64,000 bases of DNA from Eledone cirrhosa. Lineage: Eukaryota. Below are positions 54,026-64,000 of the stretch, one piece after another. The notes beneath the pieces were generated by a model. That model did no database searches, was not told the origin of the DNA, and saw nothing but the letters and a program-made list of their open reading frames with translations. The position numbers were made by a program, and so were the translations under genes. The stretch covers positions 103,478,001 to 103,542,000 of the forward strand of contig OZ024745.1 of the NCBI GenBank assembly GCA_964016885.1, in the 5' to 3' direction. Numbering within the stretch: the first letter of the stretch is position 1; the number at the start of each line of letters is the position of its first letter.

Positions 54026-55006
54026 TATAATTAAATGATGTTATAGTATTATGAACCTCTGTGCTTTGGATTATTCTTTATATTACTGGTGAAAAACATT
54101 TATTTCATTTTATATTTAAATCTTCTGAAAGGACCCGCTGGAAGGAGAGTTTGAGGACTCAACCCCCACAAAGAAGAAAAAGAAGAATGTAAAATCAAAA
54201 TCAATTAGAATAAAATAGTTTCCATAGCCTTGTATGATCATTGTTTTGTTTTTATTTGCCTTGGCCCATGAGACATAAAAACATTTCTAATCTGGCCCAC
54301 CTCCAAAAAATGTTGCCGACTCCTCTGATTTAGAGCATGAACCATTATTCATGAACCAGGTCATAAACAGTTATTTAACAATGTCAATACTGACTAACGC
54401 AACAATAGACATAGCTATTACCATACATGTGCAGTGGAAGTTAAATAACAATTTCTGACTTAGACACACTGCCACACATTTTTACAGACTCTAGAGTACT
54501 TGATTGGTACTCATTTTATTGACTTTAAAAGGATGCAAAGCAACTATATGACATAATGTCAGATATTCAACTGATTCTGCCATTCTGTATGATCAGCATT
54601 GTTATAAGTGAACAAAATTGTAAACACATTTTATAATTATGTTAAAAGGTGATGTACTAAATGCCATATAAAAAAAACAAAAAAAAACTATCAATTACTT
54701 GAAACCTTTCTCATAGCTAGAGAAAGAAAACAAACACCAAACTACAGTTGTTAGTGACTTTCAAAGAAAAGAGAAGATAATTTCAAGAAATTAGAAATTA
54801 ATTTCTGAAGTTAATATATTTAAGGAAAGGACAGTCTGGTGTATTTTTAACACATTTTATAGTTAGCTATCTGCTTACCAAACCTGGGTGATCAATTAGT
54901 TGTATCTACAAGTTTTACTTGTAGATACAATACATGACCTCAATAAGGAGATGGACCTCTCTATGGTTGATTGACCTGCTGAAAATAGCAGACAAATTTC
55001 CTTTAA

Positions 55007-55227
55007 CCCTTTAGCATTTACATTACTCTATATTTACTATTGTATTTTCATAGTAAACACTTTATTTCACATAATTATCTCACATAATATCGAATCTACG
55101 AGATGTTGATATTATTTATTTTGAGATCAATACCTTAACATAAGTATAAGAAGCTGCTTATAACCGGTTTGAACAGAAAAAGGTGAGAGAATTCTGGCCG
55201 GATACGGCCAGTTTAAATGCTAAAGGG
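55007..55227. mobile_element. piggyBac-type MITE
   Basis: TTAA|CCCTTTAGCATTTA...TAAATGCTAAAGGG|TTA; interrupts the older dispersed repeat. Confidence 0.8.
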
Positions 55228-55530
55228 TTATATCACACCTTACCGATTTTTAAAGAAATTGTAAGACCACATTGGATAACATAGTCTTAGGTACATTGCT
55301 TGCAACAAAGATGGAAAGTCACGCCTGGAATGCTTTCAATAATAGCCGTGTTCATACAGAACTCACCTATGCTTTTTAACTGTTAAACCACATAACCATA
55401 CCAGAGCCTCTATTTGAAAACAAAACGGTGTTTATAGCTGAAATGGCTTTGATCATATGTTTGCTTGATCATGGCTGACCTGAGGCTAAACAACAACTTA
55501 ACGATATGAGCTTGCTAAACAACAATTGTA

Positions 55531-55562
<32 letters not shown>

Positions 55563-56095
55563 AATAATAACAACAACATCTGACCTTAAAGTTTCAGCTT
55601 ATTATCCAGTATTTTACTTGCCCAACTATGACATGACATCATTTCAATTTATAATTAGTTAAATTCTCTTTTGTTATGTTTTTTACTGATGTTATAGTTG
55701 AAAGATTTCACTAGAATAAATTACTGTTTCTTATTTTGTACAGTTTATGTCTCATAATGTTTAACTTATTGTCTTGTATCTTTTCTATATAAATATTTTT
55801 TCGCTTTTCTTTTCTTTTCTTTTCTTTTCTTTTCTTTTCTTTTCTTTTCTTTTTTCCTGATAGAGAGAAAAGGCATAAATGACTATAATCAACTGAGGTA
55901 TGAACTTAAAGGTTATGATGAATTACAATGAGGAACTTGTATGTAGTTGCTTCACTAACTAGAAATAGCAACCAAATCTCCCTTAAATCACACTCATACA
56001 TACACCTCACAAAACATTGGATATTGTAGTTCCCAACATACTCTTTCTTCTTCTTCTTCTTCTTCTTCTTCTTCTTCTTCTTCTTCTCTCTCACT

Positions 56096-56154
<59 letters not shown>

Positions 56155-56219
56155 GAAACAAACAGCACAGTACATGGAAGAAATATACTAGTTTAATGCT
56201 TGAAATAGCAGGAGGAGAG

Positions 56220-56255
56220 TCTTAACGTTTCGGACAATAGTCCTTCATCAGAAGA
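56220..56255 (-). ncRNA. Minimal type I hammerhead (dimer-type, GAAACGTT)
   Basis: TCTT-CTGATGA-AGGACTATTGTCC-GAAACGTT-AAGA; second copy at 59314-59349. Confidence 0.8.
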
Positions 56256-56782
56256 TAGAGTTAGAAATAGGAGATAAAAAGAAAGTAAAGAGTAATAAAA
56301 GGAAGGAACAGAGAAAATGAGAAAAAAATTATTGGGGGGAAAGAAGACAGAAAATAATTCTTTCAAATCATTTACTCTGTTTTACGTATATTTTAATACA
56401 TTATATTTAATTAATGTTTATGTTATTCTCAGTTTAGTAGACGACAACAAAACATTATTAAATACTATATATCATCAGAAATTAAAATAAAAGATTACAC
56501 ATTGGCTTGGAAAGAAATATCCCCTGAAAAAGTGACTGCATTCTTAATGAAAGGAAGGTAAATGATTTGAAATAATTCTTTTATGTCTCTTTATATTTTT
56601 ATATATATTCTGTGTATGTTACTAACTCTTCTGTTCTTCAAACAATCTATCCTCTTTTCTTTATTTTCTGTTTTTATCTCAAATGGCATTAACACATTGA
56701 GCTTGCAACTATTATTTGTCAGTATTTACCCTCTTCAGATTCACTCTATGTAACGTGCTATAATATATGTATACATATATTA

Positions 56783-58215
56783 TAGCACCCAGCCCACACT
56801 GTAAAGTGGTCATGTATGTGTCACAGCAAAATGCACCCAGCCCACACTGTAAAGTGGTCATGTAGGTGCCACAGCAAAAAGCACCCAGCCCACACTGTAA
56901 AGTGGTCATGTAGGTGCCACAGCAAAAAGCACCCAGCCCACACTGTAAAGTGGTCATGTAGGTGCCACAGCAAAAAGCACCCAGCCCACACTGTAAAGTG
57001 GTCATGTATGTGTCACAGCAAAATGCACCCAGCCCACACTGTAAAGTGGTCATGTAGGTGCCACAGCAAAAAGCACCCAGCCCACACTGTAAAGTGGTCA
57101 TGTATGTGTCACAGCAAAATGCACCCAGCCCACACTGTAAAGTGGTCATGTAGGTGCCACAGCAAAAAGCACCCAGCCCACACTGTAAAGTGGTCATGTA
57201 TGTGTCACAGCAAAATGCACCCAGCCCACACTGTAAAGTGGTCATGTAGGTGCCACAGCAAAAAGCACCCAGCCCACACTGTAAAGTGGTCATGTAGGTG
57301 CCACAGCAAAAAGCACCCAGCCCACACTGTAAAGTGGTCATGTAGGTGCCACAGCAAAAAGCACCCAGCCCACACTGTAAAGTGGTCATGTATGTGTCAC
57401 AGCAAAATGCACCCAGCCCACACTGTAAAGTGGTCATGTAGGTGCCACAGCAAAAAGCACCCAGCCCACACTGTAAAGTGGTCATGTAGATGTCATGACA
57501 AATAGCGGCCAGCACACACTGTAAAGTGGTCATGTAGATGTCATGACAAAAAGCACCCAGCACACACTGTAAAGTGGTCATGTAGATGTCATGACAAAAA
57601 GCACCCAGCCCACACTGTAAAGTGGTCATGTAGATGTCATGACAAATAGCGGCCAGCACACACTGTAAAGTGGTCATGTAGATGTCATGACAAAAAGCAC
57701 CCAGCCCACACTGTAAAGTGGTCATGTAGATGTCATGACAAAAAGCACCCAGCCCACACTGTAAAGTGGTCATGTAGATGTCATGACAAATAGCGGCCAG
57801 CACACACTGTAAAGTGGTCATGTAGATGTCATGACAAAAAGCGGCCAGCACACACTGTAAAGTGGTCATGTAGATGTCATGACAAAAAGCGGCCAGCACA
57901 CACTGTAAAGTGGTCATGTAGATGTCATGACAAAAAGCACCCAGCACACACTGTAAAGTGGTCATGTAGGTGCCACAGCAAAAAGCACCCAGCCCACACT
58001 GTAAAGTAGTCATGTAGATGTCATGACAAAAAGTGGCCAGCACACACTGTAAATGTGGTTAGTGTTAAGCAGAGCATCCAGATGTAGAAACCAAACCAAT
58101 ATCAGTTCTGTATGAGCAAGACATGGTTACCTGACCTAGCATTGCCCACAGCAAGACAACTCATCTAACCCATGCTAATGTGGAAAATGGACATAAAATG
58201 GTGATGATGATGATA
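56783..58215 (+). repeat. ~30 x 42-bp minisatellite expanded from the SINE A/RTE-UTR body, followed by the SINE tail
   Basis: Unit AAAAGCACCCAGCCCACACTGTAAAGTGGTCATGTAGGTGCCACAGC-like; tail 58050-58215 ends in (GAT)n. Confidence 0.92.
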
Positions 58216-58544
58216 TATATATAACAGTTTTCTGAAATGAAGTTCTGAAACACAAATGGAAAATCATGGCAAATCAGGAAACCAATATGAATTACAGATG
58301 CAAGAGATGCAGACGGTCATTATACAGTGTTGTGGTAGCAATAGGTGCACAATGATTACATTATAATGTTGCAATATATATATATATATATATATAGTCA
58401 TTATTTGTTGTAGTTGCTGGCCTTGTGCCAAGAGTAGAAACAATTATTTGTTGTAGTTTAGCCTCAGCTCATCTCTGATTAAACAGATATTTGATCAAAG
58501 ACATTCCAACTGTGACCTAATTCTTTTTTAATCAGATCTAGTAT

Positions 58545-59230
58545 ATCATCATCATCAACGTTTAACGTCCGTGTTCCACGCTTGCATGGGTTTGGACGGG
58601 GGTTTTCCCACTTGAGGCAAGAGTGATTGTCTTGCTCGCATAGGACTGTCTGGCAGGTTTTCTACAGTTGGATGCCCTTCCTAACACCAACCACGTTTAC
58701 AGTGTGGGGCTGGGAGGTTTTTATCATGTTGCCTACACGGCCACATTACAGCGTGGACTGTCTGGCAGGTTTTCTACAGTTGGATGCCCTTCCTAACACC
58801 AACCACATTTACAGTGTGGGTCTGGGAGGTTTTTACCGTGTTGCCTACACGGCCACATTACAGCGTGGACTGTGTGTTTTTTTGTCGTGACACCTACACG
58901 ATCTCATTTGTTTCGGCCTGGATGGTGTGGCACCAACATAACTTTACATAGAAGGGGGCGGTGTGGATGGGGTGGGGACGGGTTGGTGGGACGGGGGTGT
59001 ATTTTGTTAGAGATGCCTACTGACTGTAGTAGGTTTTACTATATATTTAGGTAAGGCGGGTCTTCTCTGTTACTGAGTACCACCAAAGGTCTCAGTCCAG
59101 TGACATTGTCTTGGTGAGGTGTAAGTGTGTGAGGTCGGAGTTTATCAGCTCGTCCCAGGTTTTTCTGGGTCTGCCTATTCCGTGGCTACCGTCTATCTTT
59201 ATTGCCCTGCACTTTGTTATACAGCTATCA
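58545..59230 (-). mobile_element. RTE family B 3' end with ~110-bp internal duplication
   Basis: Reverse complement of ~5300-5860. Confidence 0.88.
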
Positions 59231-59313
59231 ATTTTCATGCACATAAACAAAACAAACAGCACAGTACAGGGAAGAAATATACTAGTTTAATGCTTGAAAT
59301 AGCAGGAGGAGAG

Positions 59314-59349
59314 TCTTAACGTTTCAGACACTAGTCCTTCATCAGAAGC
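59314..59349 (-). ncRNA. Minimal type I hammerhead, copy of 56220
   Basis: CTGATGAAGGACTAGTGTCTGAAACGTTAAGA. Confidence 0.7.
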
Positions 59350-59519
59350 TAGAGTTAGAAATAGGAGATAAAAAGAAAGTAAAGAGTAATAAAAGGAATG
59401 CAACTGCATTATATTTGTATATAGCAGATTGTTATTTGAGAGAATTCAGGCTGTTATTTCTAATAAGACAAGTGACCAAGTAGAGGCTCCATCTTTGGCT
59501 TGAAGTCATTTTTGTTTTC

Positions 59520-59790
59520 ACTGAGAGAAGACTGCATTAGTATGGCCATGTGATGCACTTGGAAGATGATCACTGGATGAAGAAGAGCCAAGAAATCTCA
59601 GTGGAAGGAAGACACGGTAGAGGAAGACCACAAAAAACATGGGCAGAGGTGGTGAGAACTGACGTCAGACCACTGAAGCTCAAAGGGGAAATGATGAAGG
59701 ACCATGACAACTAGAGAGATTCTGTGCTGAAGAGAACCCCTTCCACCCTTGCAAGCAAGGAAAAGTGGACATAAAATGATGATGATGATA
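59520..59790 (+). mobile_element. RTE family A-like 3' end
   Basis: Decayed C-terminus and (GAT)n tail. Confidence 0.8.
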
Positions 59791-61135
59791 GTAAACTAAA
59801 AATTAGGGTCAATAAAGAACTTCTACTTGACCATTAGACCTGATAAAATTAGCAGTCAAATCTCACCCCAATTATACACTACCAGTTAGAAAAAAGGAAT
59901 GAACTCATTGGATAATGTAGTCCGAGACCCATGTCTGAAAGAATTGCTAAGTGGGCAAAATTTATTCAGTCAAGATATATCTATGTCCAAATAACAATAA
60001 AAACACCTTATGATTTACAAGACAATCCCCAGCATTAATCCTTTGTAACTGTATTATGGCTCAGTTGCCCAATGTACCTCTTCCAGCCTGGCCCATCAAA
60101 CATAGTCAGTTTCCTTGTAATTTAGTGTACATACAGCTTGTGTCTTTCAATTTATTTGGAAAATATTCAAGAATTTGGAAATGTTCCTCCTGTTATCACC
60201 CTATCTCTTTCTAATGTGTGTCATCCTCTCACTGTTTCTCTTGTAATAAAGAGGACTTTTTAGTCATGCAGGAGACAAATCAACCTTTCTAGTGTCAATG
60301 ACATGATAAAATGCTTCCAGTACATTGACTAACAGAGGCAACATAGCAAGTATAGAGAACTCTCTCTAGTTTTGTTGAGAACATGACAACTGCTCTGGTG
60401 CCATGATAAAGTAGATCCAGTACACTTTGTAAAGTTGATGGTGTTGGGAAGGACATCTAGTCATAAATAAACATGCCACATGAAATATATGAGTGAGATA
60501 TGGCCCCCCAACCCATCTAAGAAGACAATAACTCTTAATAGGAGATGACTCTGACTATAATAACCTATCCAGCCCATGCCAGCCTGAAAAAATAGACAGA
60601 TTATGACGATAAAACTGGTGTTTAAAACAACTAAAAATAACATTATGATGGAAGGTGTTAATTTAGATATTCTTAAACTGGAAAACCCAGAATTACTCTG
60701 TGGTGGACTGAAAGGGTTAAAGTGGTTGAGGAAGTAAACTACAAATTCATAACCGGTCCAATGTCAAAATATTGGCTTGTTTCTTCTGTAGTGTGTTGAT
60801 TAAATACAATTCTGGACCAACTGGTTTTGTTGTTATCATTCTTTAGCCCCAGGTCAGTTCTGATTAAGAGGACCTATGATCAAAGCCAAGACTATTTTTT
60901 TTAAAGATATCTAGCAATATGTTATCTAATGTTTTAAAGAATGTAGGGTATGATTTGATGGATATTTGGCTCCCATTTCTCATAGGCAGAGTGAGCATGT
61001 GGAGGCTTCCTTGTTGTCTCCCTTGTGACTGGTGGTGTTGGTGATGGTAATTCTTGAATACATGACATTTTTTTTGTTACAGATTTTCTAAAACAATTAT
61101 TAGCGTTATTACATGCATTATAATTGTGTGATAAG

Positions 61136-61283
61136 CAGTGCCAGATTTAGGACAAATGAGGCCCTACGCTAGTTAAGTTAGGAGGCCCCAAACATTTGAA
61201 AAATTCCTCGTAAAAAATTTTGTGGGGCAGGAAGATGGGCCTTCCTAGCCAACGGAGCCCTGTGGATGGTAAATCTGGCACTG
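61136..61283. mobile_element. hAT-like MITE
   Basis: 14-bp TIR CAGTGCCAGATTTA/TAAATCTGGCACTG; imperfect 8-bp TSD GTGATAAG/GGGATGAG. Confidence 0.65.
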
Positions 61284-61289
61284 GGGATG

Positions 61290-61720
61290 AGATATAGGTT
61301 TTTAATGCAGAGGATGTGTGAAAGTTAAAAAGAAATAAAGCAAACATGTTCTGCTGGATGTGTAATGTCAGTGTGGATGAATGACAAAGCAATAAAGAGT
61401 TGAGAGAAAATCTATTCATAAATGGAATCAAATACAGTGTGCAAGAGAGAAGATTATGCAAGACACAGACATATGATGGATATGATGATCATTGGATGAA
61501 GGCATGCCAGGAGCTCCAAACAGAAGGTAAATGCAGAAGAGGAGGACTAAAAAAGTTCTGGGCAGAAGTGGTGAGAGCTAATCTCTGAACACCCCACTGA
61601 ACCTCTCAAAGATGAAGAAATGTGACAAGGTGAAAGGTGGAGGAAAGCTGTGCTGTTGAAGACTCATCTAACACACAAATGCAAGCAGAGAAAGGCAGAT
61701 ATGAAAATGATAATGATCTC
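61290..61720 (+). mobile_element. Degenerate RTE 3' end
   Basis: Homology to the RTE C-terminus (WAEVVRANL). Confidence 0.7.
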
Positions 61721-61861
61721 AGTTTGCTGGAAGCTGTCATAATCTGTTAAGTTTATATTAGTTTTTTTTTTTTGTTTGTTTTTTGTTTTTTTAATATTGC
61801 AGTTACGCGACTTCTTTTCTTAAAACCTATGCCAGCATGGAAAAACAGATATGAAACTAGA

Positions 61862-62128
61862 ATTGTTGTTGTTGTTGATGATCATGATGATGATGAGGAG
61901 GAGGGTGGTGGTGGTGGTGGTGGTGGCAGTGGTGGTAGTGATGGCTGCAATTGTGGTGGTAGTGGTTGTGGTGGTAGTAGTGTTGGCAGTGGTGGTGGTG
62001 GTGGTGGTGGTGGTGGTGGTGGTAGTGATGGCAGTGGTGGTGGTGGTGGTAGTGGTGGTAGTGATGGTAGTAGTTGTGGTGGTGATGATGATGATGATGA
62101 TAATGATGACAACGACGATGGTGATGAC
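61862..62128. repeat. (GGT/GAT)n low-complexity tract
   Basis: Triplet repeats open in most frames. Confidence 0.9.
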
Positions 62129-62994
62129 ATATCACGTTTCACAGGCTTTAAATATGAGCTAGTTTGAAATCAATTCTGGAAGTTGATGAAACATTTGTCA
62201 ATTATAAAATGCACATGCTAGTTTCTTTTGATCATTAAATGTTAACAGAATTCATAAAGGACATGGTACAGCGCTCATGATAGAATACACATTTTTGAGC
62301 TGTCTTTGGTTTGACCACCATTTTAAAAAACTTGTTCAACCATGGAACTCCTTTATAATTTCTGTAAAATTATATTAAATTGAATAACATTTTAATAATT
62401 ATATCTGTAATGACTGTTTTTCAATTAATTTTCTACATAATCAAAAATTTACAGAGATTTAGTAAAATATATATATATATTTTTTTTCATTTATTTATAT
62501 ATTACGGTTGTTTGGAACATAACTAAATAATTGGTTTTTTCATGAAATTATAATGGAAAGTTTTAAGTTAAATGTGAACAAACAATTGAGAATGGAAGTT
62601 TTTGTATGAGACAGCCAGAGGTGGTCTTGGGCAAGTTGCTATCAAATGGGTTAGATCAACAAAACTAGTTATTTTAAAGCAACTCAATTATATTTTATTG
62701 CCATAATATGCAAATACAATAAAAAGTAAATTGTATTCCAATGAGATGAAGCAATACCAATTACAGCAGTAACATCAATTAATACATATCAATTATATTC
62801 CAATAATGATATAAATAAAACATACAATACAATTGTTGTTATAGTTGGGGAATGTCATTTTATAATATTGCCAGAAAAATATAGTATATATATATATATA
62901 TAGATATCATAAAGAGTAATGGTCTAACTAGTTTTAAATTCTTTCTATCTTGATTTATATATATATATATACTTATAGACTTAATATAAAAATA

Positions 62995-63045
62995 GGTGCT
63001 ACAGGACTAGATCTGTTTCATTCGAAGGAAATCATCAGGAAAGAG
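62995..63045 (-). ncRNA. Hammerhead-like motif, homolog of 17857 (stem I degraded)
   Basis: CTGATGA-TTTCCTTCGAAT-GAAACAG..CTGTA. Confidence 0.5.
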
Positions 63046-63263
63046 CTTTTTAAAAAATCTGTAATAAGTGTATCTGTATATTTTCTTCACTATATTCAAT
63101 TACTGCTATTGCTTTAATGCAGTCCAAGCTTAAAAGCCACAAAGTATATATAAGGCCTGTGATGAATTTTGATACTTATTGCTTAAACGTTACAAATTAT
63201 TTATGTAGAGAGACTCCAGTTTATTAATGCAATCAATAAAGATATTACATATAATCTTTTCAG

Positions 63264-63436
63264 ATCTGCCAACCTCTAAAAACCCAAATGGGGAAGTAGC
63301 ATGAAAAAAAGTGCCCTAAAATGAGTAGAAATGAGGCAAAATATTGAAAGCTATACCGATTTTCACAAGAGAAGACATCTTTCACCTACTCCAAAGGCTA
63401 TTGCAAATCTCCTTGTCGAACGGGGAGAGTTGACAG
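63264..63436 (+). CDS. Candidate host exon (possible start-codon exon, MRQNIESYTDFHKRRHLSPTPKAIANLLVERGELT)
   Basis: TCTTTTCAG acceptor, ATG at 63331, AG|GTCTGT donor; non-repetitive GC-richer island. Confidence 0.3.
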
Positions 63437-64000
63437 GTCTGTATTTTCATAGATGCTTTTAAAAATATAGTTTATTAATAAGAAATTGTTTTCTTCCTTT
63501 TTTGTTGTGACTTTACTTTAAAAACTGTTTATATACAATACCAATGTTAGAACTTGCAAATGAGATGGAATGGCTATAAAAATTTGTCCATTATTTTATC
63601 CTTGCGGTTAGATTGTTTGCTTCAGTTCAGTTATATTTCTTTATACTTGTTGTTATACTTTTCTACATGATATGCTGTCTGTTGGCAATGTAGAAATGAA
63701 ACAGAATGACTCCCATGGTAATGCTATATTTTCTTGTTCTATATTGTTATGTGAGAAATGTTATTTTATTTTGTATGAAGTTGTATATGTAATAAGAAAG
63801 AAACATAATACATGTTCGGATGCATGTATAAGCTATATCTGCATTTAATATATAGAGGAGAAAAATTCATGAAGTGTGTGTATATATTACCTTCACTGTG
63901 AAGTAGCATGAATATTTTTCCTACCAGAAAAATAAAAATTATTGTTTCAACTTGCATTACTTGTTGATTCTATTATATGTATGGCATTTGACTTTGATTA

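Noticed and set aside
56712-58043. 443-aa Cys-rich repeat ORF / CRISPR-like array
   Set aside because: A 42-bp (multiple of 3) minisatellite from a SINE; no unique spacers, no cas genes, and open in more than one frame.

Overview
AT-rich, repeat-saturated eukaryotic DNA, probably intronic or intergenic. The RTE/SINE families and (TA)n/(GAT)n load suggest an octopod cephalopod (inference). No confident host gene; there is one candidate exon near 63.3 kb. The window holds (i) many RTE-clade LINE copies, including one apparently intact ~995-codon APE-RT-PHD ORF on the minus strand (2986 to the window edge, missed by the ORF track); (ii) two decayed Penelope-like (Naiad-type RT + GIY-YIG) elements; (iii) an R4/Dong-like RLE LINE remnant; (iv) two tRNA-derived SINE families, a Helitron, piggyBac/hAT MITEs and a 42-bp SINE-derived minisatellite. 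The main hidden signal is about 20 hammerhead-ribozyme (HHR) motifs on both strands, from many unrelated short elements inserted in (TA)n. Some lie in ~310-460 bp terminally redundant retrozyme-like units. Two unrelated elements (49217-49288 +, 53791-53858 -) carry hammerhead parts in a non-circularly permuted order (NUH > GAAA > CUGANGA) with covarying stems. All structures were read by eye; none was computed or tested.
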